Positions 46,415 to 56,486 of a stretch of 64,000 nucleotides of DNA are shown here, piece after piece (position 1 is the first letter of the stretch; each line of letters starts with the position of its first letter). Both the position numbers and the translations under genes were made by a program. The notes under the pieces are model-generated. The model was not told the DNA's origin, did not search any database, and saw only the letters and a list, made by a program, of their open reading frames with translations. Where the stretch lies: IMG/VR virus record IMGVR_UViG_2706796482_000001, positions 1 through 64,000 of that record; one strand, 5' to 3'. This DNA is from a virus (lineage: Duplodnaviria; Caudoviricetes).

Positions 46415-49400
46415 GACTTCTACTAAGAGACCTAACGCCAGGTACGGATTACAATATCCAGCTTCGCTCAAATGACGGAACCAACGTATCCGACTGGAGC
46501 AGGATTTTTCCGCTTACCACAATTCAGGACACCCTGGCTCCAGCACACCCTGTCAACGTCACATGGGTAGTTAACCGAACCGCATTCTCAGCAAAATGGG
46601 ATGCGGTTACTCAGAATGAAGACGCAAGCCCAATAGAAGATTTCTCTCACTACATTGTCAGGCTTACAGACGGAACAACTGTCGTCAATGTCAAGACAAC
46701 CAATACATTCTATGACCTGGCGTTCGAGACGAATAAGGCTTTCTTCGGTACTCCGAAGGCTACCGTCAGCATTACTGTATTTGCTGTTGACCTTACAGGC
46801 AACATCTCAGAGCCTTCTAGCACTCTGTCTGCAACCAACCCACCACCACCTGACCCAACTGGAGTAGCAGCGGCCGGTATTGTGGGTGGCGTAAGCATGA
46901 AGTGGGACGTACAGGTAATCGATGACCTCGCAGCTTATGACGTATACATGAGCACAACTGGCTCAGGATTTACCCCAACCAATTCAAACAGAGTATACAG
47001 CGGTACTGGAAATACCTTCGTATTCGACAGCAGTTCTCTGGGAATTCTTCACTACTTCAAGATTCGCTCTCGTGACGTATTTGATAGCATTTCAAATTAC
47101 GTCACTGTTTCAGCGACCCCAATTTCCCCAACTGATGTAGACACAACAGCACCCGGTGTTCCAACAGGTCTAGCAGTCACTATGGCTGTAGATACCAATG
47201 ACTCAGCTTTCGCAACGGCTGCTCTGTCATGGACTGCTCCATCTGACACTGACCTTGCTGGATACGTTGTACGATACAAGCAGAATGCAAGTAGCACCTA
47301 CGACTACGTAAATGTTCCTGTAGGCACGACCTCAATTACAATTGGAGGTCTAGTTGTTGGTGTCCAGTACAACTTCTCAGTACAGTCATTCGACCGAAGC
47401 ACCAACAGAAGCGCATTTTCTGCTGCTGTAAATGGAACTGCCGTTAACACTGCTCCGTCAACTCCAGCGGCTCCAACTGCTGTAGCTGACGTAATGAGCA
47501 TTCAGGTAAGCCACGCTTTGCAGAAGGCTGCATCCGGACGACTTGAATCAGATGTCAGCTATCTTGAGGTCCACCTAGGAACTACCTCTACATTCACCGC
47601 AAGCGACTCCACGATGATTGGACAATTGCAGGTAGAGCCTGGCAGCACCTTCGTTTCCGAAGTTTTCAACACGCCTGCTCAGGACACTTCTCTAGCACGT
47701 TGGGTCCGAGTCATTGCCGTTGACCGAGGTGGATTGAAGTCTGCTGCATCCGCAGTAGCCTCTGTCACAGTTGGTCTTATCAGCAATGCCTACATTGCCA
47801 ATGCGACCATTACCTCTGCAAAGATTAACAATCTCGATGCCAACAAGATTACGGCCGGTACGGGTATTATCAATGCTTTGCTTATCAAGGCATCTTTGAC
47901 TGTAGATACTGGTGGTGTAATCAAGAGCACGAACTATGCAGCAGGTAGTGTTGGCTATCAGCTATCCAATAACACCCTTGAAATCAATCAGGGTACAATT
48001 CGTGCCGCTGCACTTCTTTTGCAGGATGCTCCTAACATCGTTCAGCCTCAGTACGCTGACTTTGAATTCCAGTCAACCTGGTACACAGGAAAGACTGTCG
48101 TATTCAACGATGGCGGAACAACAACTTGGGCAATTGCGACCGCACCAGAAGTGACATCAAAGTTTGGTACTCAGTGCCTTAAGCACACTTGGACTGGTGG
48201 AGGAACGTTCTCCAGAGTTTATCAGGGTGCAAGTTACACGGACTACAATGTCATTGTAGAGCCAAACACTGATTACATTGCTTCTGTATGGGTGTTCAAT
48301 CCATCAGGCTCCGGTGACAAGGCGGTTGGGTTTGGTGTCAAGATGGGTGACGGAGCAACTTATCCACAGCCTGGTGGAACTCCAACCGTTGTAGCTAATG
48401 GCACCTGGACAAGAATTCAGGGTACATTCAACACTGGAGCAAACAGCACTCTCATGACTTACATGAGCCTTTATGCTGCTGGTTCCGTGTACTTTGATGG
48501 AATTCAGATTGAGCGAAAGCTAACCAGTGCAACAACTGCTTCTCCATGGAGAGCGCCAAGCACCACCTCTATTGATGGTGGAATTATCCGTACTGGTGAG
48601 ATTCGTTCTACCGCTTTGGCAAATGGTCTTTCAGGGCAGCCAGCATGGTCAATTAACATGACTGGTGGTGCCCAGTTTGGTGATGCCACAGTTCGAGGAC
48701 GTATTGTTGTTGGTGACCCAGCGAATCCAACTGCTGACGGAACGGCTTCTCGCATTCATTCTGCGAATTATTCAGCCGGTGTGAGTGGATGGATTATCCG
48801 TAACGATGGATATGCAGAATTCCGACAGCTTGCTGTAAATTCAATCAAGGTAACTGCCCTTGACTCACCGATGCAGAACAACACCTACGCAAAGCTCTTT
48901 GACTATATGCAGGACGGAAGTCTTTGGCTACAGTCTGGTTCCGTAACCCAGAAGACTGACCCTGGTGCTTACTCTGCCGAGTCTCTATTCGAATTCACAG
49001 GTCCAGGTCTGGTTCTAAGAAATGCAGTCGGTGTTACCAAGGTTGCTTATGACCCTACCATTCTGTACCGTATCTCAGCTCGTATCCGTGCGTATGAGGT
49101 AGCGACTCTGAATGCCAACCCAGGCTTTGAAACAAACACGTCTGGATGGTTTGCTTATGGCTCAAACAGCATTACCCGAGACACTACAAAGAAGTTTGCT
49201 GGAGTCGCATCTGTTCGTTGGGACCAGGTTGGTTCTTCAAACGGTGTCTACGGAATGGGAACTGTTGTCAATGTCAAGGCTGGTAGAACATACAACTTTG
49301 CTGCTCGTGTACTTCCAAACAGCACTGTTATTCGAGACAACCTCAAGATGAACATCGTCTGGAAGGACGCTGCGAATGCGACTATTTCTACAACCTTCAA

Positions 49401-52400
49401 CGACATGGCTCCACCTGTAGACGAGAACAACGTAGCAATTCCTATCGATGGAGTTACTTGGGTACAGTTTGCATCTCAGGGAATCGCTCCTGTTGGAGCT
49501 ACGACTGCCAGCTTTGAAATTCAGGCCGGTATTTCTGGAAGCCCTGTTGCAGGTATTCAGGGATGGTTTGACGATGTCCTGATTACTACAGCTCCTCGTG
49601 TCAAGGTAGGTCTGTTCGGCTTTGATAATGCGAACAATGTTATTGACTGGGACTTTGTTGACGCTGCAACGACCCCTACCAAGATGCACGCAATGCCTAC
49701 AGATTATAGCCAGCTAGCAACTTTGGCCGGTGCTCAGTACATGATGGTTTCTAACGACCAGGAAGTATCAATTGCTTCTGGTACAGGTAACACCACAGCA
49801 GACTGGATTACTGTAACTGGTTATGTTCGTGGTCGTGGTGGTACTGGAACTGATGGTCTATTCGGTATCCAGGGACAGGCTAATGACCCTTATGCTCCAG
49901 CGGCTCTAAACCAGTCTGTTCGCTACCTTGTGCCTTATGTAGAATTTGATATCGCAAGCGGCTCAAAGGCTCAGCTTGACCAGTTCTCCATTGAGGCATA
50001 CGAGAACGGTGCTCCAGGAAAGATTGACACAACTGATATCAATGGAACAAAGGGTATCTCAATTGAAAACATTGAAGATGACTCTGAGTTCGACCACGCT
50101 ATCAGATTCTACACTGGCGCATCAGACGAAATGAAGCCCGGTATGATTGGTCACATTCTTGATGGTGACCTTAACAGTGCTGCTCACATTCGTATTGCTC
50201 CTCCAATGCTCAATAACCAGAGCACTTATGGTCGAGTGTACCTTGGTATCTACGACAGGAATCCTAACTACATTTATGACTCTTCATTCCAGAAGGGAAT
50301 TGTAAACTGGACTCCTAATCCAGCAACTCCTGGCTCAGTGGTTTCATGGGATGAAACAGTTGGTCATATTGAGACTGGCTCATTGAAGATTACTACAAAC
50401 GGTACTCCTGTAGCAGCCACTGAAATATATGGTAAGTATGACATTTATACCGCAGACCACCCAGACCTGATTGGAAACAATCTGTCTGCATCAGGTTGGA
50501 TGAAGCCAGGAATGCTCAAGCCTGTTCGTATGTACATCAATTTCCATGACGAAAATGGTGCAATCATCAACGGATACTATTGGCAGAGAACTCCAGCCAA
50601 TACAACCGACTGGCTCAGGTACACTCTTACAACCCCAATTCCTGTACCAGACAATTGCTACTATGTAAGGTATTTCTGGTGGTGGAACAATGCTGCCGCT
50701 GGTGAAACAATTTGGGTTGATGAGGTTCAGCTCGAAACAGGCGGAATCTCTAACTATAGAGATGCGCAGGCATCAATTGTTTCCTTGACAAGCGACGTTG
50801 TAAGGTCAACAGGCTCAATCATCATCTCAACTTCTGACCTGGACATTCCTACGAATGTATGGGGTGGCGGAGCAAAGCGTAGGGACATGACTACCTACCC
50901 ATCATTCATCTCACAGACTGATGGTGGTAGCGGTATCTTTAGAGCAATTAACTACACTGACTCTTATGGAAACCGTGCGTCAACAACAGTCTCTAATTTT
51001 GCAGCAGACGGTACGGAAGAAGCAGCGCTAAGAATTTATGCAGCACAGGATGATAGATATCCAGGAAGAGTTGCGATTACAAACCTTTCAGGTAGTTTCG
51101 CAATTTCAACCTATGCAGACGATGGCTCTGATATGACGACGAGCACGAATGTTCGTATTGGTGGTCATCTGGATGTACAGGGTACCCCACCTTGGGTAGC
51201 GCCAACACTTTCAAATGGTGTGAATTATTCAGCGGCGTACAATGTCTCCTACTACAAGAGTAACGGAAATGTCTATCTTCGAGGAGTTATTCAGACCTAT
51301 ACGAAGACAAACACTCTGTTCACGCTGCCTTCTGGATATCGTCCAGCGCAGACTGTATATTTGAATGCCATTCAATGGAGTAGTGCAACATCAACAAATT
51401 CTGTTCTATTGCAGGTAAATACGACTGGTACTGTTCAGGTTACCTCTTCTGCAAGCACACTGGCTCAGCTATCTCTTGATGGCCTGTATTTCAGTATTGC
51501 TCCAGAAGCGGCTGCGCCTCCTGTAACTGGTGACACTACGCCTCCTGCTGCGCCTTCTGGCTTTAGCATTAATGCGTACAGCTCCGGTTCCTCAACAGGT
51601 GTTTACCAATTGAAGTGGACCAACCCAAGCACCTCCGATACGGCTGGTGTCAAGATTATCTGGAGAACTGACCGTTATCCAACAGTCACGATTCCTACAT
51701 CTGGAACAAGGACGTTGACTACTGATGGAAGCATTATCACCGTAACTGGTACTCCATCTCAGGCAAAGTCTTACAACCATTCCGGACTTCCTGTCAATAA
51801 GACAATCTACTATAGAATTGTTGCATACGATAAGTCAGGAAATCACTCCGGATACCTATCAGCTTCAAGGTACCTATTGGCATCACCATTCACTATTTAC
51901 GCTACGGATTCAGATGCTTACCGTCTTGGATACGGTGGTATGTGGCGTAACGACGGTGACGCTCCTTATCAGGGTGATTGGACTGAGAATGACAATCACA
52001 GAGGACTATTCTTCTATGGAGATGGAATCTATAACAAGCTGGCAACTGGTGGTGTTGTAAGAACTCCTACCAAGATGACAGTCTATGTTCAGAGACAGAG
52101 CACTTCTCATGGTAACAACTCTGGAGTCGGATTGAATCTACGAGGTCACACATATGGCTCTAAGCCTTCTGGAGACCCGGTAGGAAAGATGACAAATGAG
52201 GGCTCTGATGGAGATAGCATTGTAGCTCTTTCAAGAGGAGAAGCAGCAACTGTTACAATTCCATCAAGCTGGTACAACAACTTCGTGGACTCAACTTCTG
52301 CGAATAGGCTCAGGGGTGTAGGTTGTTATGGTAGCACAACAAGCGAATACCTCGTTCTGTACGGAAAGAGTTCAGGTTCATCCCATGGAAAGATTACCGT

Positions 52401-52416
52401 CTATCACAAGGGATGA
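46411..52416 (+). CDS. Large tail fibre/receptor-binding protein with FN3 and carbohydrate-binding-like modules
   Basis: 2001 aa; several FN3-like repeats (DTTAPGVPTGL, WTAPSD); CBM-like NPGFETNTSGW. Confidence 0.8.
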   Translation: MRLLLRDLTPGTDYNIQLRSNDGTNVSDWSRIFPLTTIQDTLAPAHPVNVTWVVNRTAFSAKWDAVTQNEDASPIEDFSHYIVRLTDGTTVVNVKTTNTFYDLAFETNKAFFGTPKATVSITVFAVDLTGNISEPSSTLSATNPPPPDPTGVAAAGIVGGVSMKWDVQVIDDLAAYDVYMSTTGSGFTPTNSNRVYSGTGNTFVFDSSSLGILHYFKIRSRDVFDSISNYVTVSATPISPTDVDTTAPGVPTGLAVTMAVDTNDSAFATAALSWTAPSDTDLAGYVVRYKQNASSTYDYVNVPVGTTSITIGGLVVGVQYNFSVQSFDRSTNRSAFSAAVNGTAVNTAPSTPAAPTAVADVMSIQVSHALQKAASGRLESDVSYLEVHLGTTSTFTASDSTMIGQLQVEPGSTFVSEVFNTPAQDTSLARWVRVIAVDRGGLKSAASAVASVTVGLISNAYIANATITSAKINNLDANKITAGTGIINALLIKASLTVDTGGVIKSTNYAAGSVGYQLSNNTLEINQGTIRAAALLLQDAPNIVQPQYADFEFQSTWYTGKTVVFNDGGTTTWAIATAPEVTSKFGTQCLKHTWTGGGTFSRVYQGASYTDYNVIVEPNTDYIASVWVFNPSGSGDKAVGFGVKMGDGATYPQPGGTPTVVANGTWTRIQGTFNTGANSTLMTYMSLYAAGSVYFDGIQIERKLTSATTASPWRAPSTTSIDGGIIRTGEIRSTALANGLSGQPAWSINMTGGAQFGDATVRGRIVVGDPANPTADGTASRIHSANYSAGVSGWIIRNDGYAEFRQLAVNSIKVTALDSPMQNNTYAKLFDYMQDGSLWLQSGSVTQKTDPGAYSAESLFEFTGPGLVLRNAVGVTKVAYDPTILYRISARIRAYEVATLNANPGFETNTSGWFAYGSNSITRDTTKKFAGVASVRWDQVGSSNGVYGMGTVVNVKAGRTYNFAARVLPNSTVIRDNLKMNIVWKDAANATISTTFNDMAPPVDENNVAIPIDGVTWVQFASQGIAPVGATTASFEIQAGISGSPVAGIQGWFDDVLITTAPRVKVGLFGFDNANNVIDWDFVDAATTPTKMHAMPTDYSQLATLAGAQYMMVSNDQEVSIASGTGNTTADWITVTGYVRGRGGTGTDGLFGIQGQANDPYAPAALNQSVRYLVPYVEFDIASGSKAQLDQFSIEAYENGAPGKIDTTDINGTKGISIENIEDDSEFDHAIRFYTGASDEMKPGMIGHILDGDLNSAAHIRIAPPMLNNQSTYGRVYLGIYDRNPNYIYDSSFQKGIVNWTPNPATPGSVVSWDETVGHIETGSLKITTNGTPVAATEIYGKYDIYTADHPDLIGNNLSASGWMKPGMLKPVRMYINFHDENGAIINGYYWQRTPANTTDWLRYTLTTPIPVPDNCYYVRYFWWWNNAAAGETIWVDEVQLETGGISNYRDAQASIVSLTSDVVRSTGSIIISTSDLDIPTNVWGGGAKRRDMTTYPSFISQTDGGSGIFRAINYTDSYGNRASTTVSNFAADGTEEAALRIYAAQDDRYPGRVAITNLSGSFAISTYADDGSDMTTSTNVRIGGHLDVQGTPPWVAPTLSNGVNYSAAYNVSYYKSNGNVYLRGVIQTYTKTNTLFTLPSGYRPAQTVYLNAIQWSSATSTNSVLLQVNTTGTVQVTSSASTLAQLSLDGLYFSIAPEAAAPPVTGDTTPPAAPSGFSINAYSSGSSTGVYQLKWTNPSTSDTAGVKIIWRTDRYPTVTIPTSGTRTLTTDGSIITVTGTPSQAKSYNHSGLPVNKTIYYRIVAYDKSGNHSGYLSASRYLLASPFTIYATDSDAYRLGYGGMWRNDGDAPYQGDWTENDNHRGLFFYGDGIYNKLATGGVVRTPTKMTVYVQRQSTSHGNNSGVGLNLRGHTYGSKPSGDPVGKMTNEGSDGDSIVALSRGEAATVTIPSSWYNNFVDSTSANRLRGVGCYGSTTSEYLVLYGKSSGSSHGKITVYHKG

Positions 52417-52492
52417 CCTTGGACTTGACAGATTGGCCCGGCATGGGCTAAGGTGTAGTTACACTTGGAAAAGAAAGAGAGAAATAGAATAA

Positions 52493-52696
52493 ATGATGAG
52501 TAAAGATGCTCTTAAGTTCCTAGCAATTAAGGAAAGAATTGCACAGATTACTGCTGATTATGAAGAGAGAATCGCAGACCTGCGTGCAGACTACACCTTG
52601 ACAGTCGAGGAGCTTAATGGCCAAGTTGCACAGCTAACCGAAGAGAATAACAATCTCAAGGCGGAACGCGATGCGGTGGCTGAGAAGAAGAACTAA
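52493..52696 (+). CDS. Small coiled-coil protein
   Basis: Heptad pattern. Confidence 0.65.
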   Translation: MMSKDALKFLAIKERIAQITADYEERIADLRADYTLTVEELNGQVAQLTEENNNLKAERDAVAEKKN

Positions 52697-53114
52697 GAAG
52701 CTAGTAGCGCCAACAGTCCCTGTGGATTATCCCACAGGGACTTGCGTGCAGACAGAGAAGGGCGTATTCTTCATCAAGGGTCGGTTCAGGTTCAGGGTGA
52801 CATCTGACCGAATCCTGTCAAGCTGGCAATATCCCTTTGTGATTCCCTCTACAGAGGCGGCTTGCACGAAGTACAAGATAGGCGGTAAGCTAGGCTTTCG
52901 TCAAGGAACTTTGGTTAAGGATATGTCCAATGGTAAAATGTATCTGATATCAGAGAATCTTAGACGACAGATAGTTTCGCCAGACTTCTTTGATGTCATG
53001 CTATTTCCCAGAGACAAGATGATTGAAGCGTCTCCGGAGGAAATCGCCCTACACAAGGAAGGAGAGAACATAACTTGGCAACTACCCCCTACAAGCCTAC
53101 AAGCTGGTCAGTAG
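52671..53114 (+). CDS. Hypothetical protein
   Basis: 147-aa ORF. Confidence 0.65.
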   Translation: MRWLRRRTKKLVAPTVPVDYPTGTCVQTEKGVFFIKGRFRFRVTSDRILSSWQYPFVIPSTEAACTKYKIGGKLGFRQGTLVKDMSNGKMYLISENLRRQIVSPDFFDVMLFPRDKMIEASPEEIALHKEGENITWQLPPTSLQAGQ

Positions 53115-53515
53115 GTGAGCAGATTACTCGTGAGAAGCTAAACCAGATGACTTCTAACGACCAGTATATCTTTGAGAATCAGCCTAATGCATTCTACAAT
53201 GCACACGGAATCAAGAAGACTTCTGGTCTCAAGATTATGGCTGGTTACGTTTACATCAAGGGTGGAAAGGCCCGGCACTACGAGAAGGCTGTTTATTTTG
53301 GTAACTTCTTCTCAGTAGGATGCAAGCCAGTAATCGTAACAGGACAGGTCATTCAGAAGCAGTCACGAATTCACTGCATCATCCGTGGTCTAACTGGAGA
53401 ATACTGGCCAGACCACAGAGGCTTTACTGCTGTCGTTGACTCTGACGAGCTAAGCTCAAAGTCAAACTATTTCCACTATGGCGTGAACGTTCAGTTCATT
53501 GCTGTTGGATATTAA
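53075..53515 (+). CDS. Hypothetical (tail-associated) protein
   Basis: TTG start with AGGAG RBS; YKPTSW..GEQITREKLN motif. Confidence 0.65.
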   Translation: MATTPYKPTSWSVGEQITREKLNQMTSNDQYIFENQPNAFYNAHGIKKTSGLKIMAGYVYIKGGKARHYEKAVYFGNFFSVGCKPVIVTGQVIQKQSRIHCIIRGLTGEYWPDHRGFTAVVDSDELSSKSNYFHYGVNVQFIAVGY

Positions 53516-53811
53516 TGTACAGACCAATCCGTAATTGGCACAATCGCAAGAAAACCATTTCAAGCGAAGGATACGTACTAGTCTTTGCTCCTGAGCATCC
53601 AAAGTCTTTCAATGGAGGATGGTACTATGAGCATCGGATGGTCTTTGAAGCTAAGCTTGGAAGGCTCCTCAAGAGTGATGAGACTGTTCATCATATCGGA
53701 GTCAAGAGTGACAATTCTAGAAAAAACCTGTTCCTCTGTAGTTGGAGAGAACATGAACGTCTGAACCGCCAGGAACATGTGGCCTTGACACAGCGTCAGC
53801 GCTCATGTTAG
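53515..53811 (+). CDS. HNH endonuclease
   Basis: YEHRMV..LGRLL...ETVHH...DN...NL. Confidence 0.8.
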   Translation: MYRPIRNWHNRKKTISSEGYVLVFAPEHPKSFNGGWYYEHRMVFEAKLGRLLKSDETVHHIGVKSDNSRKNLFLCSWREHERLNRQEHVALTQRQRSC

Positions 53812-53841
53812 GCTTGTCCAACAACAACGAAAGGAACAAGC

Positions 53842-54597
53842 ATGTCCGATATGACATGGCTGTTTGTGTCTGACATTCATTTCCCGAATCACGACAGGCG
53901 AATGCTTGACCTGTGGTTTGAGGTGATGAAGTATCTTAAGCCAGGTGCTATTGACCTGCTTGGAGACATTGACGACGCAGACGGAACTGGCCGATGGGCC
54001 GAAGGAACTTCACGTGAGGGCTTCTCTCAGAACGACCCTGGCGTTACAGGGACGCGAGACTTTCTTGCCGAAGTTCACTCAAAGGCACCGAAGGCTGATA
54101 AGCACTTTTTCGATGGTAACCACGGTTGGCATCGACACGTAAAGTGGCTGGACAAGAACAATCCACAGTCTCTCGAAGATGGCATTTATACTCCTGAAAG
54201 CATTTATGGGGTTGCGGCCAATGGATTTGTATGGCATAACTATCTGGAGCGCCCGGCAAAAAGGTACGGAGACATCTACGCTCATCATGGCGTAAGCATC
54301 TCTCAGTATTCTGCCGAGTCTGTTCGTAACGATGTGAAGAAGTTCGAAGTCTCATTGATTCGAGGACACTCACACCGTCAGGGCTATTACGCTCATACAG
54401 CTCCGCTTGAGGACCGAACTGTTCGTGGTTGGGAGATTGGCCACATGTGTGTGCCTACAGGACAGGATTACGACCTGTCTCCTGACTGGCAGGCCGGATT
54501 TGCATATGGCGTAGTATCAGGTGATGAGGTCTTCATCGACCTTGTTCCAGTAATGAACTACCGATGCAATATCGGAACCAAGGTATTCAACGGATAA
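53842..54597 (+). CDS. Calcineurin-like metallophosphoesterase
   Basis: SDIH, GD..D, GNH, HHG and GHSHR motifs. Confidence 0.85.
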   Translation: MSDMTWLFVSDIHFPNHDRRMLDLWFEVMKYLKPGAIDLLGDIDDADGTGRWAEGTSREGFSQNDPGVTGTRDFLAEVHSKAPKADKHFFDGNHGWHRHVKWLDKNNPQSLEDGIYTPESIYGVAANGFVWHNYLERPAKRYGDIYAHHGVSISQYSAESVRNDVKKFEVSLIRGHSHRQGYYAHTAPLEDRTVRGWEIGHMCVPTGQDYDLSPDWQAGFAYGVVSGDEVFIDLVPVMNYRCNIGTKVFNG

Positions 54598-54604
54598 AGA
54601 TAAG

Positions 54605-54642
54605 ACCTCCCATGCTATAATGTTAGAAAAAGCAAGGGAGGT
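54605..54642 (+). promoter_or_regulatory. Holin promoter inside an RBS-sequestering hairpin
   Basis: ACCTCCC-A-TGCT pairs with AGCA-A-GGGAGGT; extended -10 TGcTATAAT at 54613-54621. Confidence 0.65.
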
Positions 54643-54648
54643 TAAATC

Positions 54649-54900
54649 TTGAGAACAAGCAAGTTTTGGAAGGATGCATTCGAGCGAGCAATCAAGACCG
54701 TTGCCCAGTCTGCTGTTGCAATTCTAGCTCTATCCACTGGCCTTATTGATGTCAGTTGGATTGATGCTGCATCTGTGGCTGGTCTAGCAGGTCTAGTTTC
54801 TCTTCTTACATCCATTGGTTCTGCTGGAGTTGGTAGCTCCGAGAGCGCTTCCCTTGTCGTAGATACAAAGGACAAGGTACCAACTAGTGAACCATACTAA
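54649..54900 (+). CDS. Holin (r1t family)
   Basis: FWKDAFERAIKTVAQ...SLLTSI. Confidence 0.88.
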   Translation: MRTSKFWKDAFERAIKTVAQSAVAILALSTGLIDVSWIDAASVAGLAGLVSLLTSIGSAGVGSSESASLVVDTKDKVPTSEPY

Positions 54901-55066
54901 ATGTGGTGGAAGAGTATTTATTGACAGAGTCTTTTCAGATAAGACTCATCTTGAACTAGCCTGCATTGAATGTGGTGCTAGATGGATGCTCGACAAAACC
55001 AAGAACAAGCTTGCCCAGTGGCTTACAGCAAGAGAGAAAACACACTCTGCTAAGTTTGCTCGGTGA
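54887..55066 (+). CDS. Small Zn-ribbon protein (59 aa)
   Basis: Manual translation: KCGGRVFIDR...CIECGARW. Confidence 0.6.
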   Translation: MNHTKCGGRVFIDRVFSDKTHLELACIECGARWMLDKTKNKLAQWLTAREKTHSAKFAR

Positions 55067-55143
55067 AAGACAGGATGCTATACTCGACATAGCGCTCCCC
55101 TGCGTACGCAAGTGCGCAGGGGACATTATTGTTTGGAGACCAA

Positions 55144-55659
55144 ATGGGAAAAGAAACTAGGATTGGGAAGAGAAATCCTAATCGATATTTCTTCCTCGAT
55201 GGCGTTCCTCACAAGAAACTACAAATCAACCGTGGAGCAGACACTCTGCTCGCATGGAATTATATTGAACGCAAACGAGTTGCGTATGTATGGTCTGTAG
55301 CAAAGAGAAACATGCAGGCTGCATTTCTGAGCAAAGACGTTCGAAGAATGTTGAATCGTCATCGAAACAGTCTTCATCTCTATATTCATGAGCAGCAAAT
55401 CAAGACTCCTTTCAAAACCTATTCCCTGGATGGGGAATTCCGTCCAGGAATGTATTTGTGGTCAGAGAAGGATATTCTTGACCTGCATGAATTGCTCGTA
55501 AATCGAGGTTACGGCCGGAAGCGCAAAGACGGTTTGCCTCCAGCATCACGCCTTCCTTCCCGAGCAGAGCTACTTGCCATGATGCGTAACGATGTGGTTC
55601 TATACACTAAGACCAAGGACGGCAACTTTACGCCGGTCTGGCAAGAGAATGATTGGTAG
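55144..55659 (+). CDS. Putative HTH DNA-binding protein
   Basis: DVRRMLNRHRNSLHLYI...WSEKDI, MerR/Xis-like. Confidence 0.6.
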   Translation: MGKETRIGKRNPNRYFFLDGVPHKKLQINRGADTLLAWNYIERKRVAYVWSVAKRNMQAAFLSKDVRRMLNRHRNSLHLYIHEQQIKTPFKTYSLDGEFRPGMYLWSEKDILDLHELLVNRGYGRKRKDGLPPASRLPSRAELLAMMRNDVVLYTKTKDGNFTPVWQENDW

Positions 55660-55664
55660 GTCTG

Positions 55665-55952
55665 ATGGCTACAGCTAAGTACACCCCCTTTGGGGATAGG
55701 CTCGACCCTTCAATTGCAATTGTGCAGGCAGCAAATGCATTGGACGTTGCAGCAAAATTTGCGGTTGAGACAAAAGACTCAAGAGCCCTAATCGATGTGG
55801 CTCGGTCATGGGTTGAACTCAGTGGTCGGCTGGGGTATGATGACGAAGAAGAGGACGACGAGCCCGAGAATGAGGAGCGTCGTTCATTTGGTTTCTCAGT
55901 GACAAGCGACATTGGAGAGGAGGACGCTGAGGATGACGGTAGTGAAGGGTAA
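55665..55952 (+). CDS. Hypothetical acidic protein
   Basis: ORF in operon. Confidence 0.6.
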   Translation: MATAKYTPFGDRLDPSIAIVQAANALDVAAKFAVETKDSRALIDVARSWVELSGRLGYDDEEEDDEPENEERRSFGFSVTSDIGEEDAEDDGSEG

Positions 55953-56124
55953 TATCAGCTACACGCACAACCTTGGAAATTTCAGGAGTGTGAAGGTGGA
56001 TGTTGGTATTGAAGATACAGTCCGAGAGGGCGAGAATGTTGACCAGGCATTTGAGCGAGTTTTCAGTAAGCTAGAGGACCAGCTTGGTACTCGTGTAGCG
56101 AAGGCGGTAGATGAGCTAGGATGA
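55933..56124 (+). CDS. Hypothetical protein
   Basis: YTHNLGNFRSVKVDVG motif. Confidence 0.65.
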   Translation: MTVVKGNISYTHNLGNFRSVKVDVGIEDTVREGENVDQAFERVFSKLEDQLGTRVAKAVDELG

Positions 56125-56486
56125 CCAGGAAGCAGAAGAGTCCCAGGCAGCAGGCACGAGCCCTCATTGAGACATACAAGAAGCTTGTTGAGGAGCGATA
56201 TGGCCGTAAGCCTATTCTCAATAGCAATAGCCTTTCATGGGGCTTCATTGACGCAATCAATGACCTAGGATATGGTGATGCCAAGAAGGCGCTCGAATAC
56301 TTCTTCACCTGTGACTCTCCTGGTCATGATGTATATGTCTATCTCAACAAGTATGAGAAGCTTCATGAGAACAGGCTCAAGGTTGAGGAAGACGCCCGGA
56401 AGAGAGTAGAGCGTCTACGTAAGACAGCGGCTATGGTAGCTGCACTGGACAAAAAGAATGAGGAGGCAGCACATGGCGAGCACTGA
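56121..56486 (+). CDS. Hypothetical protein
   Basis: ATGA coupling; precedes the helicase. Confidence 0.7.
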   Translation: MTRKQKSPRQQARALIETYKKLVEERYGRKPILNSNSLSWGFIDAINDLGYGDAKKALEYFFTCDSPGHDVYVYLNKYEKLHENRLKVEEDARKRVERLRKTAAMVAALDKKNEEAAHGEH

